Part shown: one piece after another, positions 20,087 to 30,468 of the stretch
Layout of the letters: every line of letters begins with the position of its first letter
How positions within the stretch are numbered: the first letter of the stretch is position 1
IMG/VR virus record: IMGVR_UViG_3300034106_000257
Span: 1 to 48,613 of that record
DNA from: a virus
Taxonomy: Duplodnaviria; Caudoviricetes
Length of the DNA stretch: 48,613 nucleotides
Direction: 5' to 3' (one strand)
Position numbers and translations under genes: made by a program
The notes under the pieces: model-generated
What the model saw: only the letters and a program-made list of their open reading frames with translations
The model's database searches: none
Told to the model about the DNA's origin: nothing

Positions 20087-20353
20087 TCAACTCCGAGTAA
20101 CGTTCCAATTGTTAAGGACAACCCACATGTACACCACACATGCAGCCATCGTCAGCAGGTATGAGTCGAGATACGACAGCAGCCAGACTGCCGGGAGTTT
20201 CAGCGCCACCATCACAGCAAGCGGCTCGAACCTCGTGAACAACTTGGCGAGAATCGGGTTGACCTCACGATGCCCAAGTTCCAGCGCCCGCAGCGTCGTC
20301 CAGATGTCCGCGATCTGAAGCGCGATGAAGAGTAGTAGGAACGTAGTGTTCAT
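20087..20353 (-). CDS. Small membrane protein (DUF5658-like)
   Basis: LQIADIWTT..AL..G.REVNP motif with three hydrophobic segments. ATG at 20353 follows a GAGG. Confidence 0.6.
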   Translation of the reverse strand: MNTTFLLLFIALQIADIWTTLRALELGHREVNPILAKLFTRFEPLAVMVALKLPAVWLLSYLDSYLLTMAACVVYMWVVLNNWNVTRS

Positions 20354-20361
20354 ATATCGCC

Positions 20362-22404
20362 TCAATAAAGCGGAAACGCCGCAGTCGGCGCGGTGAAGCT
20401 CGCGGTGTAGCGGGCAACGCCTTTGGTGATGCGGAGGTCGTCGATGTAGCCGTTCAATGGAAGCGGGGAAGCCGCGCCTTGCCCATCGCCAACTCGCAAT
20501 GGAAGCGTAGAGTCAAGCGAAGGGGTTCCAGTAAACGTGGAACCAATCTGTGTTCCGTTTAAAAACAGCCTAATCGCGCCGGATTGCCCAGAAACAGCAA
20601 GGTGGTACCAAGTTCCTGTTGCCGCAGGGGTTGATGTAGATATGTCAGGCGTGTCGCCTGTAGCCCAAAACGCAAAATTGCCACTAGAAATTCCAAGACC
20701 CCATCCAATGGAACTATTTTGATAGTTGCTTAAAGCGTATTGAGTTCCGCTTGCATTGTTAAAATAAATCCAAAGTTCAGCCGTGAATGGCCCTGAACCA
20801 AAATTTGCCGTTAGCACGTTTTGCGACGACAAATAATCCCCCGTCCCATCGAACGCAATGGACGCTCCGCCCCACTTGCTCTGTGCCGTGCTGATCTGCG
20901 CATTGCCTACGGTCTCTAGGTCGTTCTTGGCAGTCGCGTCAAAAATACCTGCGTTGGTGAAGTTGAGCAGGAGCGAGGTGTTGGTGATGGCGGTAAGGGG
21001 CGCAGTCGGAGGCGTGAAGTTGGCCGTGTAGACGGCAGTACCTTTGACGATGCGCAAACTAGACAAATACCCATTAAACAAATACGCCGTGCTGTAGTAC
21101 CCGCCTACGGCTAGATACTCTCCCGAGCAGTTTCCAGATGCGGTTCCAGAGGCAACAGACGTTCCGTTTACATAAATCGTGACTGTTCCGGAATTTCGCA
21201 CGATTGCGATGTGCTGCCACGTGTTTACAACAAGAGGAGCGGTCGCGGAGGAAATAGAAGTTCCGGCAACATTCGCAAGAATCTTTCCGTTTCCACCCAC
21301 TCCTTGCGCGACCATGATTCCGGTCGTGTACGTTGTCTTTAACCCGCCAACTGTGTCGGATGTTTGAAGTGTTCCGCGCTCGGCTGGAGTAGAAACGTCT
21401 TGGGAATACGCCCAATACTCAACGGTAAAATCGCCTGTTCCAAAAGCAAACGCAGGATTGTTGGCGGCGGTCAGGTAATCCCCGCTTCCATCGAAATACC
21501 CACTCCCGCCGTTGGCGGCTGCGCTGTACGCTGCCGTGGGGTTGAACGGGCTGAAGGCTTGAACGGACGGAGAACCTGTGACCGTTAAGGCGAACGCATT
21601 GCTGCTGTTGTCTACAAAACGGTTGCTCTGACAGGTGAGCAGTTGGGTTCCGGTTACCGCAGACACTGCTGCTGTTGGGACAGTAATCGACGTAGAAGAC
21701 GGGTTTATGGCATTCGAGCCAGTAACAAACCGCAGGTTGCTGATGTATCCGTAGGTGTAGTTACCACCAATATCAACGCCAATGATTATGTTGGTTCTAC
21801 TAGTAGGCTTTGTAATACCGTTAGTTGCGGTTGCGACTCTGGTTCCGTTTATGTAGAACGAAATATTATTTGAAGCATCCGTCGCAACAGCAACGTGATA
21901 CCACTGATTCGCAGCGCGAGAAACGCTGTCGGTTACAGCAACAGGCGATCCCGAACTGTTATAGTAAAAGTAAAAAATTCCACCTATGTACTGAACTTGG
22001 TATTCAAACCCAGTTGCCGTAGACCAATTACTTGTCCCGCCGTGCTTGCCGAAAACCACATGAGTGTTAGCGACATCTGGGTAAATGAACAACTCAAGGG
22101 AAGCGGCAGCGCCACCCAAATCCAAAAGATTAGAAGTGTCGGAGAACCCCAGTGAGTTTCCGTTGAAGTAATTACTCCACCCCGTTTGCGGGAACGGCGA
22201 AAACGTACCCTGCGTGGTGTTGCCGTTGCGGGTAATCGTGAAGTTGTTGGTGGACGAGTCGAGGAACGTGTTGTTCTGCGCGCCGTTTGTGCCGTTACCG
22301 GGCAGGAGCAGCGTCGTAGACGAAAAGAACGGGTCGCCGGGGATACGGCCAAACAGGCCATACCCTCTAGCAGATGCAACGCCCCGAGTACCAAGCAGCG
22401 GCAT
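20362..22404 (-). CDS. LamG/concanavalin-A-like jelly-roll tail protein with three domains
   Basis: Repeated FT.E.W...W.H.A....G....Y.NG...GY...LRI.KG.A.YTA.FT.PTA pattern. Confidence 0.85.
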   Translation of the reverse strand: MPLLGTRGVASARGYGLFGRIPGDPFFSSTTLLLPGNGTNGAQNNTFLDSSTNNFTITRNGNTTQGTFSPFPQTGWSNYFNGNSLGFSDTSNLLDLGGAAASLELFIYPDVANTHVVFGKHGGTSNWSTATGFEYQVQYIGGIFYFYYNSSGSPVAVTDSVSRAANQWYHVAVATDASNNISFYINGTRVATATNGITKPTSRTNIIIGVDIGGNYTYGYISNLRFVTGSNAINPSSTSITVPTAAVSAVTGTQLLTCQSNRFVDNSSNAFALTVTGSPSVQAFSPFNPTAAYSAAANGGSGYFDGSGDYLTAANNPAFAFGTGDFTVEYWAYSQDVSTPAERGTLQTSDTVGGLKTTYTTGIMVAQGVGGNGKILANVAGTSISSATAPLVVNTWQHIAIVRNSGTVTIYVNGTSVASGTASGNCSGEYLAVGGYYSTAYLFNGYLSSLRIVKGTAVYTANFTPPTAPLTAITNTSLLLNFTNAGIFDATAKNDLETVGNAQISTAQSKWGGASIAFDGTGDYLSSQNVLTANFGSGPFTAELWIYFNNASGTQYALSNYQNSSIGWGLGISSGNFAFWATGDTPDISTSTPAATGTWYHLAVSGQSGAIRLFLNGTQIGSTFTGTPSLDSTLPLRVGDGQGAASPLPLNGYIDDLRITKGVARYTASFTAPTAAFPLY

Positions 22405-23108
22405 TACGCAAACCTCGTCTGCGAGGCAAACACCGAGAACGTCGCTGCTGCCGTCTTGATGATCGTGTACGAGTACACATCAACACTTGAGGCGTTACCT
22501 GCGGTCGGAGCCGTGCCGCCCTGCCACCGCGTCGTAACGCCAGAGGTCGTGCCGTCTACCTGCACCGTCGTGTTGTAGTACGCCGTAGCGCCGTTGGTCA
22601 CAAGGAAAGCGACCGTAATGGCTTGTCCGGTGGAAAGCAGCGTGTCAAGCGACGTACCGGCAGAACCTCGCAGATTGACCGTCCAGTTAGCCGAAGCGTT
22701 GGTCGTGTAGAACAACACCGACTGCGTAGTGACATCGTAGGCAATCGTTCCGGTCGCTGCCGTGGCAGATACCGTCACCGTTTCTGCGGCGTCGGTCAGG
22801 ACTGCCCCAAGCGTGGAGGAAGTCCCGTTGAATGTCTGCGTAGCCGTGAACGTGGTCGCCGTGCCGGGAGCAACGTAATCCGTCCCTGCGGTTGCGGCAG
22901 AGAGGGCCGAAGTGCCGTTGCCCTTAAGTACGCCGGTCAGCGTATTGGCCCCTGTGCCGCCGTTGGCGACGGACACAGGCAAACCGAGAAGCGCGAGGAT
23001 GTCCGACACGGTAAGCCGGAAGTTGTCACTACCACGGGCAATAACGACTTCATCCGTCCCAAGGGCCGGTGCACCAGAATCAAATTCTGAAATTTTAGTG
23101 TCGGCCAT
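22404..23108 (-). CDS. Tail fibre-like protein
   Basis: MADTKISE N-terminus, a V.NGGTGA..LTG..KGNGTSA fibre repeat, and a WQGGTAPT...DVYSY C-domain. Confidence 0.7.
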   Translation of the reverse strand: MADTKISEFDSGAPALGTDEVVIARGSDNFRLTVSDILALLGLPVSVANGGTGANTLTGVLKGNGTSALSAATAGTDYVAPGTATTFTATQTFNGTSSTLGAVLTDAAETVTVSATAATGTIAYDVTTQSVLFYTTNASANWTVNLRGSAGTSLDTLLSTGQAITVAFLVTNGATAYYNTTVQVDGTTSGVTTRWQGGTAPTAGNASSVDVYSYTIIKTAAATFSVFASQTRFA

Positions 23109-23116
23109 GAGGCACC

Positions 23117-23470
23117 TTAGCCGCGAAGTGCGACTTTCACATTGATTGAGTTAGCACTACCACCGGTAACCACCGGACGAATATACATCGCCCCGGTTCT
23201 GAACTCGAAGTACCCCGCAGACGTAGCGGAGATATTCGTGTTGTTGACATCTTTCATCTGGAAAAATGTGGCGTTATCGTTGGATGCCTGCAGTGTCACG
23301 GTAGCACCACCAAAGGTGCCGTCGATCTGAACAGCGCCAACTGCGCCGACTTTGGCTGGAATTCCCAATGACACGATGGTGTCACCAGTAATGATCCCGG
23401 TCCAATCAACGCGTTTAGTGTCCTGTGCTTGAATATTTGCGGACACGAAAGCAGGAGTAACTGTAGGCAT
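23117..23470 (-). CDS. Small beta-rich structural protein
   Basis: GTFGGATVTLQASND...YIRP motif; 117 aa. Confidence 0.6.
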   Translation of the reverse strand: MPTVTPAFVSANIQAQDTKRVDWTGIITGDTIVSLGIPAKVGAVGAVQIDGTFGGATVTLQASNDNATFFQMKDVNNTNISATSAGYFEFRTGAMYIRPVVTGGSANSINVKVALRG

Positions 23471-23493
23471 GATTCAATCCTCTTTGAGATTAG

Positions 23494-25566
23494 TCAGGCA
23501 GCCGCGATAGTGGTAACGGTGCCGCTGCTACCGCGGTATTTGAGTGCGCCAGCCTCAACGTACAATTGTCCCATACCAGCAGGTGAAGTTGTCGGAGCAG
23601 TACCATTCAGGAATCCCAGCACCCGTTGCGCATTAGTACCAAACGTACTAACTCCAAGACCAACATTTAGGTTTTTGACATTAAGGGTATCAACAACATT
23701 AGCATCGACACGGATGGCATATTCAGAACCACCGCTGATAGTCTCTAGAATGATTTTGCTGGCGTTTGAATTAATCTGATACCCGTACGAATTTGTTGCA
23801 TCTTGCTGACGGTACAAATCAGTAACTATTGTAGTGGATGGCGCAGTGAGATTAGACGCCAGATTGCCCATAATGACAGGGTTAGTGCCAGTACTTCCAG
23901 ACACAGGTGTAGTACAACTGTCAAAGTCGTTGAAGCGAATGCGGGTATCCGAAACCGTTCCGGCAGAACCGTTATAGATCAATCCAAAACTACCCCCCTT
24001 AACAACGTTACTTTCGATAACACTGCGGGTCAGAGTAGCCCCTACGTAAGAATCCCATAGAATGCCGTTGGTCGCGCCGATGATCCGATTGTGTATGACT
24101 TGCGCATCGGCCATCGTTCCTGTTGGACCATTATTCAAGAAAATGCCAGTAACAAAATTTCGAATCGTGTTGTTACTCGCAGCAACAAATGTACCCTGCC
24201 CTTCCATACGAATGCCGACAGTATTTGTGGACGCTGCGCATTGCACGATGTTGCCGGTAATCGTGACGTTCTGGTACGTTGAGGACTCGTCGCAGATGAT
24301 CCCGCATTCCTCAACGAGGTTGCCGTAGACCACCGCATCGTCGGTCTGCACGCGGATGCCGCCGCCACGATTGGCAACAGAGATGCCGTTGGTGACGTTC
24401 TTGACATGGTTTCCCCACACGGAGTTGGAGAATCCTTGCGGACTGACAGGGACAGACCGGGTGTTGCCCTTGATGTTGATGCCTTGATTGTCGGCGCTAC
24501 CTGCGGCACTTACACCATCGATGTAATTTCCGTACACCTGCCCCCAACGCACCTTGGTGTAGATGCCCCAGCATTCGCCCGTGCCGCTTTGGTTCAGCGT
24601 CTCGATCTTGTTGTTGGCGACCGTGACGGCCTTGCCGTAGACAAGAACTGCCGCGAGGGCGCGGGTGCCGGTAGCCGACAAGTTGTTGAATCGGTTGTTT
24701 TCAATCCAGCCGTTCTTCCAAGTGTCTTGATCGGCGTAGGTGTTGGTACCAATAAGCACCCCGTAAGCCGTTGACCCGCTCGTGCCAGCGCAGTTTTCAA
24801 AGTCGTTGTTTTCAATCCGATAGTTGTTGATCGGCTTCTGAATGATGATGACGTTGCCGGTGCAGTTCACAAACCGGCATCCGCTGACGTTGAAGTAGTC
24901 AAACGAACCAGTCTGCGCGGTTGAGCGGCTGATGGCGCTCGTCCAGCGGTCAAACACCACGTTCTCAATTTCAATGTTCGTAGAGGGCGACAGGCACACC
25001 ACCTGCGTTGCAGGGCCGCGCAGAGTGGAGTTGCCGCTTGCCCCGCTAATTGCCCCGCCGATGATGCGAAGTCGCCCAGTGGTCTGATACGCCGTCCAAG
25101 TGTTGAGTAGGTAGGTTGCACCCATGCGCAACTCAAGCGTCTGTCCGTTCGTTACTGCCGCATTCATAGCGGCAATCATAGCGGCGGTATCGTCATTTCC
25201 CCCGTCGCCTACTGCTCCATACTGCTCGGGCGTTACATATTCCCGGGAATTCACTACTCCGTCACTTACAATATCCGCAATTGACTGCGCCGTAATTCGG
25301 AGTTCAACTTTACTACCGGCGGGAAATGCAACTGCTGTAGTACTCTCTTGCGCACGAACCACCGAAAGTGAATCGCTAGTTCTAGAAGTACACTTCACAA
25401 TCTCGACCGTACCGGCGGGGGTGGAGATGGTTGCATAAAAATAATCCCCGACACCGGGACTAGGAAAGGACGCCCCATTACCAGAATTCAGAATCAGGCT
25501 GGTATCGCCCGTAGAAATGGCAACTGCCAGAAATCCTTGGGCGTTATTCTTGAGAAGTACAGGCAT
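23494..25566 (-). CDS. Tailspike with a pectate-lyase-like right-handed beta-helix
   Basis: N-terminal head domain (EIVKCT.R....L.V.RAQE.T), YGAVGDG..DDTAA cap, and many I.NN repeats. Confidence 0.8.
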   Translation of the reverse strand: MPVLLKNNAQGFLAVAISTGDTSLILNSGNGASFPSPGVGDYFYATISTPAGTVEIVKCTSRTSDSLSVVRAQESTTAVAFPAGSKVELRITAQSIADIVSDGVVNSREYVTPEQYGAVGDGGNDDTAAMIAAMNAAVTNGQTLELRMGATYLLNTWTAYQTTGRLRIIGGAISGASGNSTLRGPATQVVCLSPSTNIEIENVVFDRWTSAISRSTAQTGSFDYFNVSGCRFVNCTGNVIIIQKPINNYRIENNDFENCAGTSGSTAYGVLIGTNTYADQDTWKNGWIENNRFNNLSATGTRALAAVLVYGKAVTVANNKIETLNQSGTGECWGIYTKVRWGQVYGNYIDGVSAAGSADNQGINIKGNTRSVPVSPQGFSNSVWGNHVKNVTNGISVANRGGGIRVQTDDAVVYGNLVEECGIICDESSTYQNVTITGNIVQCAASTNTVGIRMEGQGTFVAASNNTIRNFVTGIFLNNGPTGTMADAQVIHNRIIGATNGILWDSYVGATLTRSVIESNVVKGGSFGLIYNGSAGTVSDTRIRFNDFDSCTTPVSGSTGTNPVIMGNLASNLTAPSTTIVTDLYRQQDATNSYGYQINSNASKIILETISGGSEYAIRVDANVVDTLNVKNLNVGLGVSTFGTNAQRVLGFLNGTAPTTSPAGMGQLYVEAGALKYRGSSGTVTTIAAA

Positions 25567-25568
25567 AG

Positions 25569-26345
25569 TTAAACTCCAAACCGCTGCATACGTGCGGTCA
25601 TTACTCCGCGAGCGTTACCGAGATTGGCACGCGCACGACGTTCGGCCAAGTGGAATATGAACTGCTTGGCGTGATACGCCGCTAGTTCCCGATCGGACCA
25701 GTTAGTGTTCGGCAGCACCAGCAAGTGCTGCAACGTATTATGAACTATAATATCTTCCAGTTCATTGAAGACGACTTCATCCATGCCTGTCGCGTTGCGC
25801 TTCGGCTTCAGGGCGTAGAACATCCGCATCGTGTACGTCTTAGCCTGATCTGGCAGCGGGAGAATGACGTACTTGTCGGGCGTAAGTTGGCATATCGCAC
25901 GCGGGTCCGTGGCATGTTCCACAGCCTCATTTGGGAGCGGATTGGTCGTTTCGCCCCCGTTATACTGCGTAGCGTTATACTGCACAGCGTTGAAGAGACT
26001 TGCCGGAATAAACTCCCCAAGTGTGTTGGGATCGACCCCGCTGTACAGATCAGCCCAGTAAGGGAACTGGTACAGTGCCTGTTCAAGTGTTAACTTCTGC
26101 AGAGGTGAATCATTCACCATTGCATCGAACACGACATGCACATCGGTACTCGTGGGCTTGTTGAATGGATACTCGTAGATACCCGGCGAGAGGCTGTACT
26201 TGGGTTCTACCCAGCGCCATGCCAGACTGCGCTCGCACGCACGGATAGCCGCATTGCGGATGTACTGGACCATGGTCGGCTGAGGGCAGCCGGGTACGCT
26301 CGGACTGACCGTAGGAACCAGAGACGCGAACGTACGTTCAGCCAT
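25569..26345 (-). CDS. Head-tail adaptor-like protein
   Basis: VPGCP.P.......AAI..C..S..W N-terminus; position between head and tail genes. Confidence 0.55.
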   Translation of the reverse strand: MAERTFASLVPTVSPSVPGCPQPTMVQYIRNAAIRACERSLAWRWVEPKYSLSPGIYEYPFNKPTSTDVHVVFDAMVNDSPLQKLTLEQALYQFPYWADLYSGVDPNTLGEFIPASLFNAVQYNATQYNGGETTNPLPNEAVEHATDPRAICQLTPDKYVILPLPDQAKTYTMRMFYALKPKRNATGMDEVVFNELEDIIVHNTLQHLLVLPNTNWSDRELAAYHAKQFIFHLAERRARANLGNARGVMTARMQRFGV

Positions 26346-26989
26346 CAGACCACCTGCTTCGGATCGAGTCCGCCTTCTTCAGTGTCGGTAATGGTCCGAG
26401 ACTGCAGCCCAACGCCAAGGCTCTGCGTGAACGAGTCGAAGAACAACTTCGCCCGCCCAGAGTTCACATGCTCGTTATCGACCGACTCAGCCATATATAC
26501 GGTGCCATCGACGACCACGGGCAGGTACGAGTCCGGCAGAAGTTCAATCGTCTGTGCGAGCGTATACGGTTGCGGGGACTGCACGTATTCCGCTACTAGT
26601 TGCGTATTAGTGGCCGGAGGCGGGGACAAGAAGAACCTGTTAGGGTTCCTCACATGTCGGACGTAATTGACCGGTACTCCCGCCGGTTCGCTTACCCACC
26701 CCGGAAACGACTGATCGAGGGTATCCCTCGAAACTTCTGTAACGGCAGTTCCGCCCACAACTTGAAAGATTTCTACAAGACGAACGGAGTCGGCCGGGCA
26801 ACTCTGGACTACCGTATTGGGGGTAGTCGGGATCGTAGTGATGAGCGAAAAAAGATCAGGACGTAATACGGCCATGCGCTTCAGAGTCTGGTTCACATAG
26901 CCAAGCAAAGTCGTATCGCTGTAGCGGTACGGACTCTCCTCGTCCTGAACGAGTCTCCGAACTTCCGTGATTACGTCCTGTGGGGTCAT
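26345..26989 (-). CDS. Phage adaptor/tail tubular A-like protein
   Basis: I..VR.L.QD....RYSD..LL.Y.N....A..RPD motif. Confidence 0.6.
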   Translation of the reverse strand: MTPQDVITEVRRLVQDEESPYRYSDTTLLGYVNQTLKRMAVLRPDLFSLITTIPTTPNTVVQSCPADSVRLVEIFQVVGGTAVTEVSRDTLDQSFPGWVSEPAGVPVNYVRHVRNPNRFFLSPPPATNTQLVAEYVQSPQPYTLAQTIELLPDSYLPVVVDGTVYMAESVDNEHVNSGRAKLFFDSFTQSLGVGLQSRTITDTEEGGLDPKQVV

Positions 26990-27249
26990 TACGGTAGCCG
27001 CCTCGACGCGTCAGCCGCCAACTCCGGTGGAGTATAGGACGGGGGTTCCGGAATGTCACCAGTCGAAAGGTCAAGCGCTCCCTTCTTCCTGCGACCACGG
27101 GTAACCTGCTCCACTGCCTCTGCTTTGACAAACCGCTCAGGGTACGCCTGTTCCTCGGTTACCTCTTCGCAGAGAGGGTTGGCCGCGAGGATCGGATGCC
27201 AGTCATAGATAAACCCATCGTTCCTATTACGGAGATATCGCTGTTTCAT
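26989..27249 (-). CDS. Hypothetical protein
   Basis: 86 aa, tightly packed in the operon. Confidence 0.65.
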   Translation of the reverse strand: MKQRYLRNRNDGFIYDWHPILAANPLCEEVTEEQAYPERFVKAEAVEQVTRGRRKKGALDLSTGDIPEPPSYTPPELAADASRRLP

Positions 27250-27432
27250 TTACTTACCCTTGTGCATCTTCTTGAGCGTCATAGCAAGCCGCGCCCGCTG
27301 CCCGATTTTGCCCGGAGCACTGGCAGCAGCCTTCAACTTACCAGCAGGGATGTTCTCCCCCTTCTTGACGCCCATTGCCGCACGCAACGCGCCCGGCTTC
27401 TTGATTGCTTTCTGAATCCATTTTTCAGCCAT
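27250..27432 (-). CDS. Small basic phage protein
   Basis: MAEKWIQKAIKKPGALR...RARLAMTLKK; ATG at 27432 follows GAGGA. Confidence 0.7.
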   Translation of the reverse strand: MAEKWIQKAIKKPGALRAAMGVKKGENIPAGKLKAAASAPGKIGQRARLAMTLKKMHKGK

Positions 27433-27443
27433 AGTGTATTTCC

Positions 27444-27698
27444 TCAGCAGTTCCACGCCCGAAGCGATTTATTGATCCGACTATTCGGATCGTTGGCCGT
27501 CTTCGCGCTAGTCAACTTCTTTTTCATGCCTTTCATTCTGGCACAGAAGGAATCACGACGAGGGCCACCTTCAGGTTGCGGAGCCTTTAGTCCGGGTTTA
27601 CCGGGGTTTGCACGGTTGTACGACGCACGCCCTTTGGCGTTCAGACCGCCAGCGGGGTTCTTCCCTTCTTTGCGCTGCCATGCAGGTGACTTAGCCAT
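27444..27698 (-). CDS. Small basic protein (DUF6321-like)
   Basis: AWQRKEGKNP.GGLN.KGR...RR.SFCARM...SLRAW.C pattern. Confidence 0.7.
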   Translation of the reverse strand: MAKSPAWQRKEGKNPAGGLNAKGRASYNRANPGKPGLKAPQPEGGPRRDSFCARMKGMKKKLTSAKTANDPNSRINKSLRAWNC

Positions 27699-28576
27699 TA
27701 CGCGATCCTCTTTGCGACAAGAATTACAGAAGGAACCGCTGGATACGCCGGAGGACCAACTGCTGCTGGAATATGCTCGATGTCCACGTTTGCGTCTTCG
27801 ACCATTACAACAACTTCGATATACTGACTGGCAGTAATAGAATCCATAAGCGTCACTTGCAGAAGTGTGCGACCGCCATCTCCAGCCTTAGGTACGGTAA
27901 CTATTGAGTTACTATCTGCAATATCTGTCCCGTTCTTCCGAAACCAAATATACCCGTCGTGGTCTGCAGCACCTTTGTTGTCGAACTGCACACTTACAGT
28001 CATTTCATACACCCCCGTGGTATCAAAGGTAATACGGGAGTTCGAGACCACAGTGATGCCAGAGTTAAACGCTGCCGAGTTATTGAACGTCAAGGCAGTC
28101 GGGGTATTTGTCGCAGGAGTTTGATCCTGCGTAGAGAAAAACTCTCCGAACTTGAACCCAGAGAGGTCACCAAATGGGACAGTGGCAGACGCAGTAAACG
28201 CGGAGGTTCCGTTGCCCTTGACGTACCCCGTCAAAGACGAAGCCCCAGTGCCGCCGTCGGCTACCGGAAGATCACCGCTAAGTCCCGTCAGACTCACGCC
28301 GGTAATCACGCCACCGGTAATGTTGGCCTTGCTGAAGAGTACGGTGCCGGACCCGTCAGGCGAGAGAACGATGTTCCCGTTAGCGTTGGTGGAAGAGATC
28401 GTGTTCCCATCGATCTTGATGTTGTCAACGGACGCAGACCCGGTTCCGACCTTCAGGGCCGTAGCAACTCCAGTGCCGCTGTATACCGTTTTCTCGGTAG
28501 CGGCTGGACCATCGTTGACATGGAGCAGTTGATCGTAAGTGCTCGATACTGAACTGCCAGTAAGGTTAGTAGGCAT
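27698..28576 (-). CDS. Fibre-like virion protein
   Basis: NI.IDGNTISSTN.NG.I.L.P.G.G and LPVADGGTGAS..TGYVKGNGTSA repeats, then a beta-sandwich C-domain. Confidence 0.65.
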   Translation of the reverse strand: MPTNLTGSSVSSTYDQLLHVNDGPAATEKTVYSGTGVATALKVGTGSASVDNIKIDGNTISSTNANGNIVLSPDGSGTVLFSKANITGGVITGVSLTGLSGDLPVADGGTGASSLTGYVKGNGTSAFTASATVPFGDLSGFKFGEFFSTQDQTPATNTPTALTFNNSAAFNSGITVVSNSRITFDTTGVYEMTVSVQFDNKGAADHDGYIWFRKNGTDIADSNSIVTVPKAGDGGRTLLQVTLMDSITASQYIEVVVMVEDANVDIEHIPAAVGPPAYPAVPSVILVAKRIA

Positions 28577-28589
28577 TCACGATCTCCAA

Positions 28590-28620
28590 GAAGGGAAGGG
28601 GGCTTTCGCCCCCCGCCCAG
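28590..28620 (-). terminator. GC-rich GNRA hairpin; possible weak terminator or stabiliser
   Basis: Minus strand reads GGGGGC-GAAA-GCCCCC followed by the pyrimidine tract TTCCCTTCTT. Confidence 0.45.
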
Positions 28621-28625
28621 TTTCA

Positions 28626-29024
28626 TTACGAAGCCATCACAATCCAGTTGGTGCCATTGCAAACCAACATAGCCCACGCACCTGCCGAAGCGGCAAGGAT
28701 CGCGGTACCCGGAGTAGCCGAACCAATCGGCTGCACGTTGGAAGCATTGGAAACAACCGTCTGCGCGGCAAGCGTCTTGATGAAGATAACCCGACCCACA
28801 GACGTAGCGACTGCAGGAAGCGTTACCGTGATCGAACCCGCGCCGTTACAGACAATGTAGTTCTCAGTATCAGCAACCGAAAAACTAAGAGTCTTCGTAA
28901 CAGGCGCAGTACCAAGCACGTTGCCGTTGATGGTCGCGTTACCCGTAACAGTGAGGCTATTCAGAGTAGCGCGGCCACTCGTGATCAGCACATTGTCTTG
29001 GGCAATACCAGTGTAGACACCCAT
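28626..29024 (-). CDS. Head decoration/fibre-like protein
   Basis: ITVTLPA....GRV..IK...L.CNGTNW motif. Confidence 0.6.
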   Translation of the reverse strand: MGVYTGIAQDNVLITSGRATLNSLTVTGNATINGNVLGTAPVTKTLSFSVADTENYIVCNGAGSITVTLPAVATSVGRVIFIKTLAAQTVVSNASNVQPIGSATPGTAILAASAGAWAMLVCNGTNWIVMAS

Positions 29025-29037
29025 ATCACTCTCCTGT

Positions 29038-29064
29038 AGAGAGGGGGGCCGAAGCCCCCCGCCC
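29038..29064 (-). terminator. cUUCGg hairpin after the capsid/cement genes
   Basis: Minus strand reads GGGGGGC-TTCG-GCCCCCC-TCTCT; the U-tract is weak. Confidence 0.45.
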
Positions 29065-29067
29065 TAG

Positions 29068-29511
29068 TTAGGCCGCAGCGTCAGCAACCAGCGCCCACAC
29101 GCGAACCTTCGCCACATCGACGTTGTTACTGTCAATGGTGAGACGGATCGGTGCCGCCGTAGCAACGTAGTACGGCTCTGCAAGAGCCGACGCCGAATTG
29201 CTAGTAGCGTTGAGGTCGAAGTTGCTGAGGTAGCGGGTAGCGGAACCACTGTCACCCAAGTCAACCGTGGCAGCCGCGCCTTCGACCGTCAGTACCTGAG
29301 CACCAGCGGCCATAACGACAGAACCAGCGGGGAGCGGGATGATTTCAAGCGTATCCGTGGAAGCAAGAGCCGCAGCCCCAGCAGCCGAACGCGCAGCGGC
29401 GATAGCAGCAAAATCGAGGAGAACCTCGAACTTGTGTACCGCGCCACGAGTTGCATCCGGATACGCCGCAGTACCCTTGTTAAAACCAAGCGAATCAGTG
29501 TAAGCAGCCAT
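29068..29511 (-). CDS. Capsid cement/decoration protein
   Basis: Directly after the capsid gene; LPAG..V.......V..EG.....DLGD pattern. Confidence 0.6.
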   Translation of the reverse strand: MAAYTDSLGFNKGTAAYPDATRGAVHKFEVLLDFAAIAAARSAAGAAALASTDTLEIIPLPAGSVVMAAGAQVLTVEGAAATVDLGDSGSATRYLSNFDLNATSNSASALAEPYYVATAAPIRLTIDSNNVDVAKVRVWALVADAAA

Positions 29512-29528
29512 TTTTTATACTCCTAAAA

Positions 29529-30452
29529 TCAGAACTGGACGACAGCCTGCGCGAGGGCTTCCGGCTTCACAACCTTGTAGCCATACACCTGCAGACCACG
29601 AACAACGTTACCAAAGGTCGATTCCGAACGAATGGTCTCCATGTTCGTCATCTGCGAGGCAAACGTGAAGCCCATCTTGGTACCAGCGATGAGGCTGTAC
29701 TTGCCAGACGAGACATTCAGGTTGTGGCTCACATAGAGCGTGAAACGGTCAATCATGCCAAGGCGACCATTGCGGACAATCGAGGTGCCGTCGCCCGTGA
29801 GCGAAGCGTCCTTGAGTTCCGACTTCTTGATGAGACCCGCCATCTTGGCCGGAATCACAACGAAGCGACCCTGCTCAGGGCAGTTGGCCTCGTCAAGAAC
29901 CGTACCGAGATCGACAAGCAGATCGACCACCGGGACCGTGCCACCAGCGCCGTCCTTCGTGACAGTCAGCGGGGAAGCGTTGGTACCGAGGTTGAACGAA
30001 GCCGACTGCTCACCAGCAGTAGCGCCCTTGTTGAAGGCACCAATGCCCGGCAGGATGTCAGTAAGCACACGCTGATCGATCTTGATCTTCATGCGCTCGG
30101 AGGCATCCTTGGTCCAAGTGTCCATCAGGTTGATATCCGCCTGCACCTTGTCAACGTCATCCTCGACGCAAGCGAAGTACTCGCCCTTGTCGATAACGAG
30201 TTGCAACTTCGGCTTGTCCGGATTCTCAACCGTCAGAGTCTGGCCCTTCACGTAGTCGCGGATCGTGATTTCCGGCGTGGTGCGGATGTTAACCGTGTCA
30301 CCATACTGGCGAATCTCGCCCTCGTAGTCCGTGTTGGAGATAGCCGCGAGAACCGTCGCATCATAGAAGTTCTCGATCAACTTGCCCGACCAGAGTTCGG
30401 GAATGAAATTGCCGCTGTAATTCGGGCGGCCCGGGGAAACAGGATAAGACAT
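29529..30452 (-). CDS. Major capsid protein
   Basis: FIPELWSGKL...N.DYEGEI...GDTVNI and C-terminal VRGLQVYGYKVV.PE; follows the scaffold gene. Confidence 0.9.
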   Translation of the reverse strand: MSYPVSPGRPNYSGNFIPELWSGKLIENFYDATVLAAISNTDYEGEIRQYGDTVNIRTTPEITIRDYVKGQTLTVENPDKPKLQLVIDKGEYFACVEDDVDKVQADINLMDTWTKDASERMKIKIDQRVLTDILPGIGAFNKGATAGEQSASFNLGTNASPLTVTKDGAGGTVPVVDLLVDLGTVLDEANCPEQGRFVVIPAKMAGLIKKSELKDASLTGDGTSIVRNGRLGMIDRFTLYVSHNLNVSSGKYSLIAGTKMGFTFASQMTNMETIRSESTFGNVVRGLQVYGYKVVKPEALAQAVVQF

Positions 30453-30468
30453 TTTAGACTCCTTCTAA

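Noticed and set aside
20362-25566. Diversity-generating retroelement acting on tail genes
   Set aside because: No reverse transcriptase, and I noticed no template/variable repeat pair differing at adenines.
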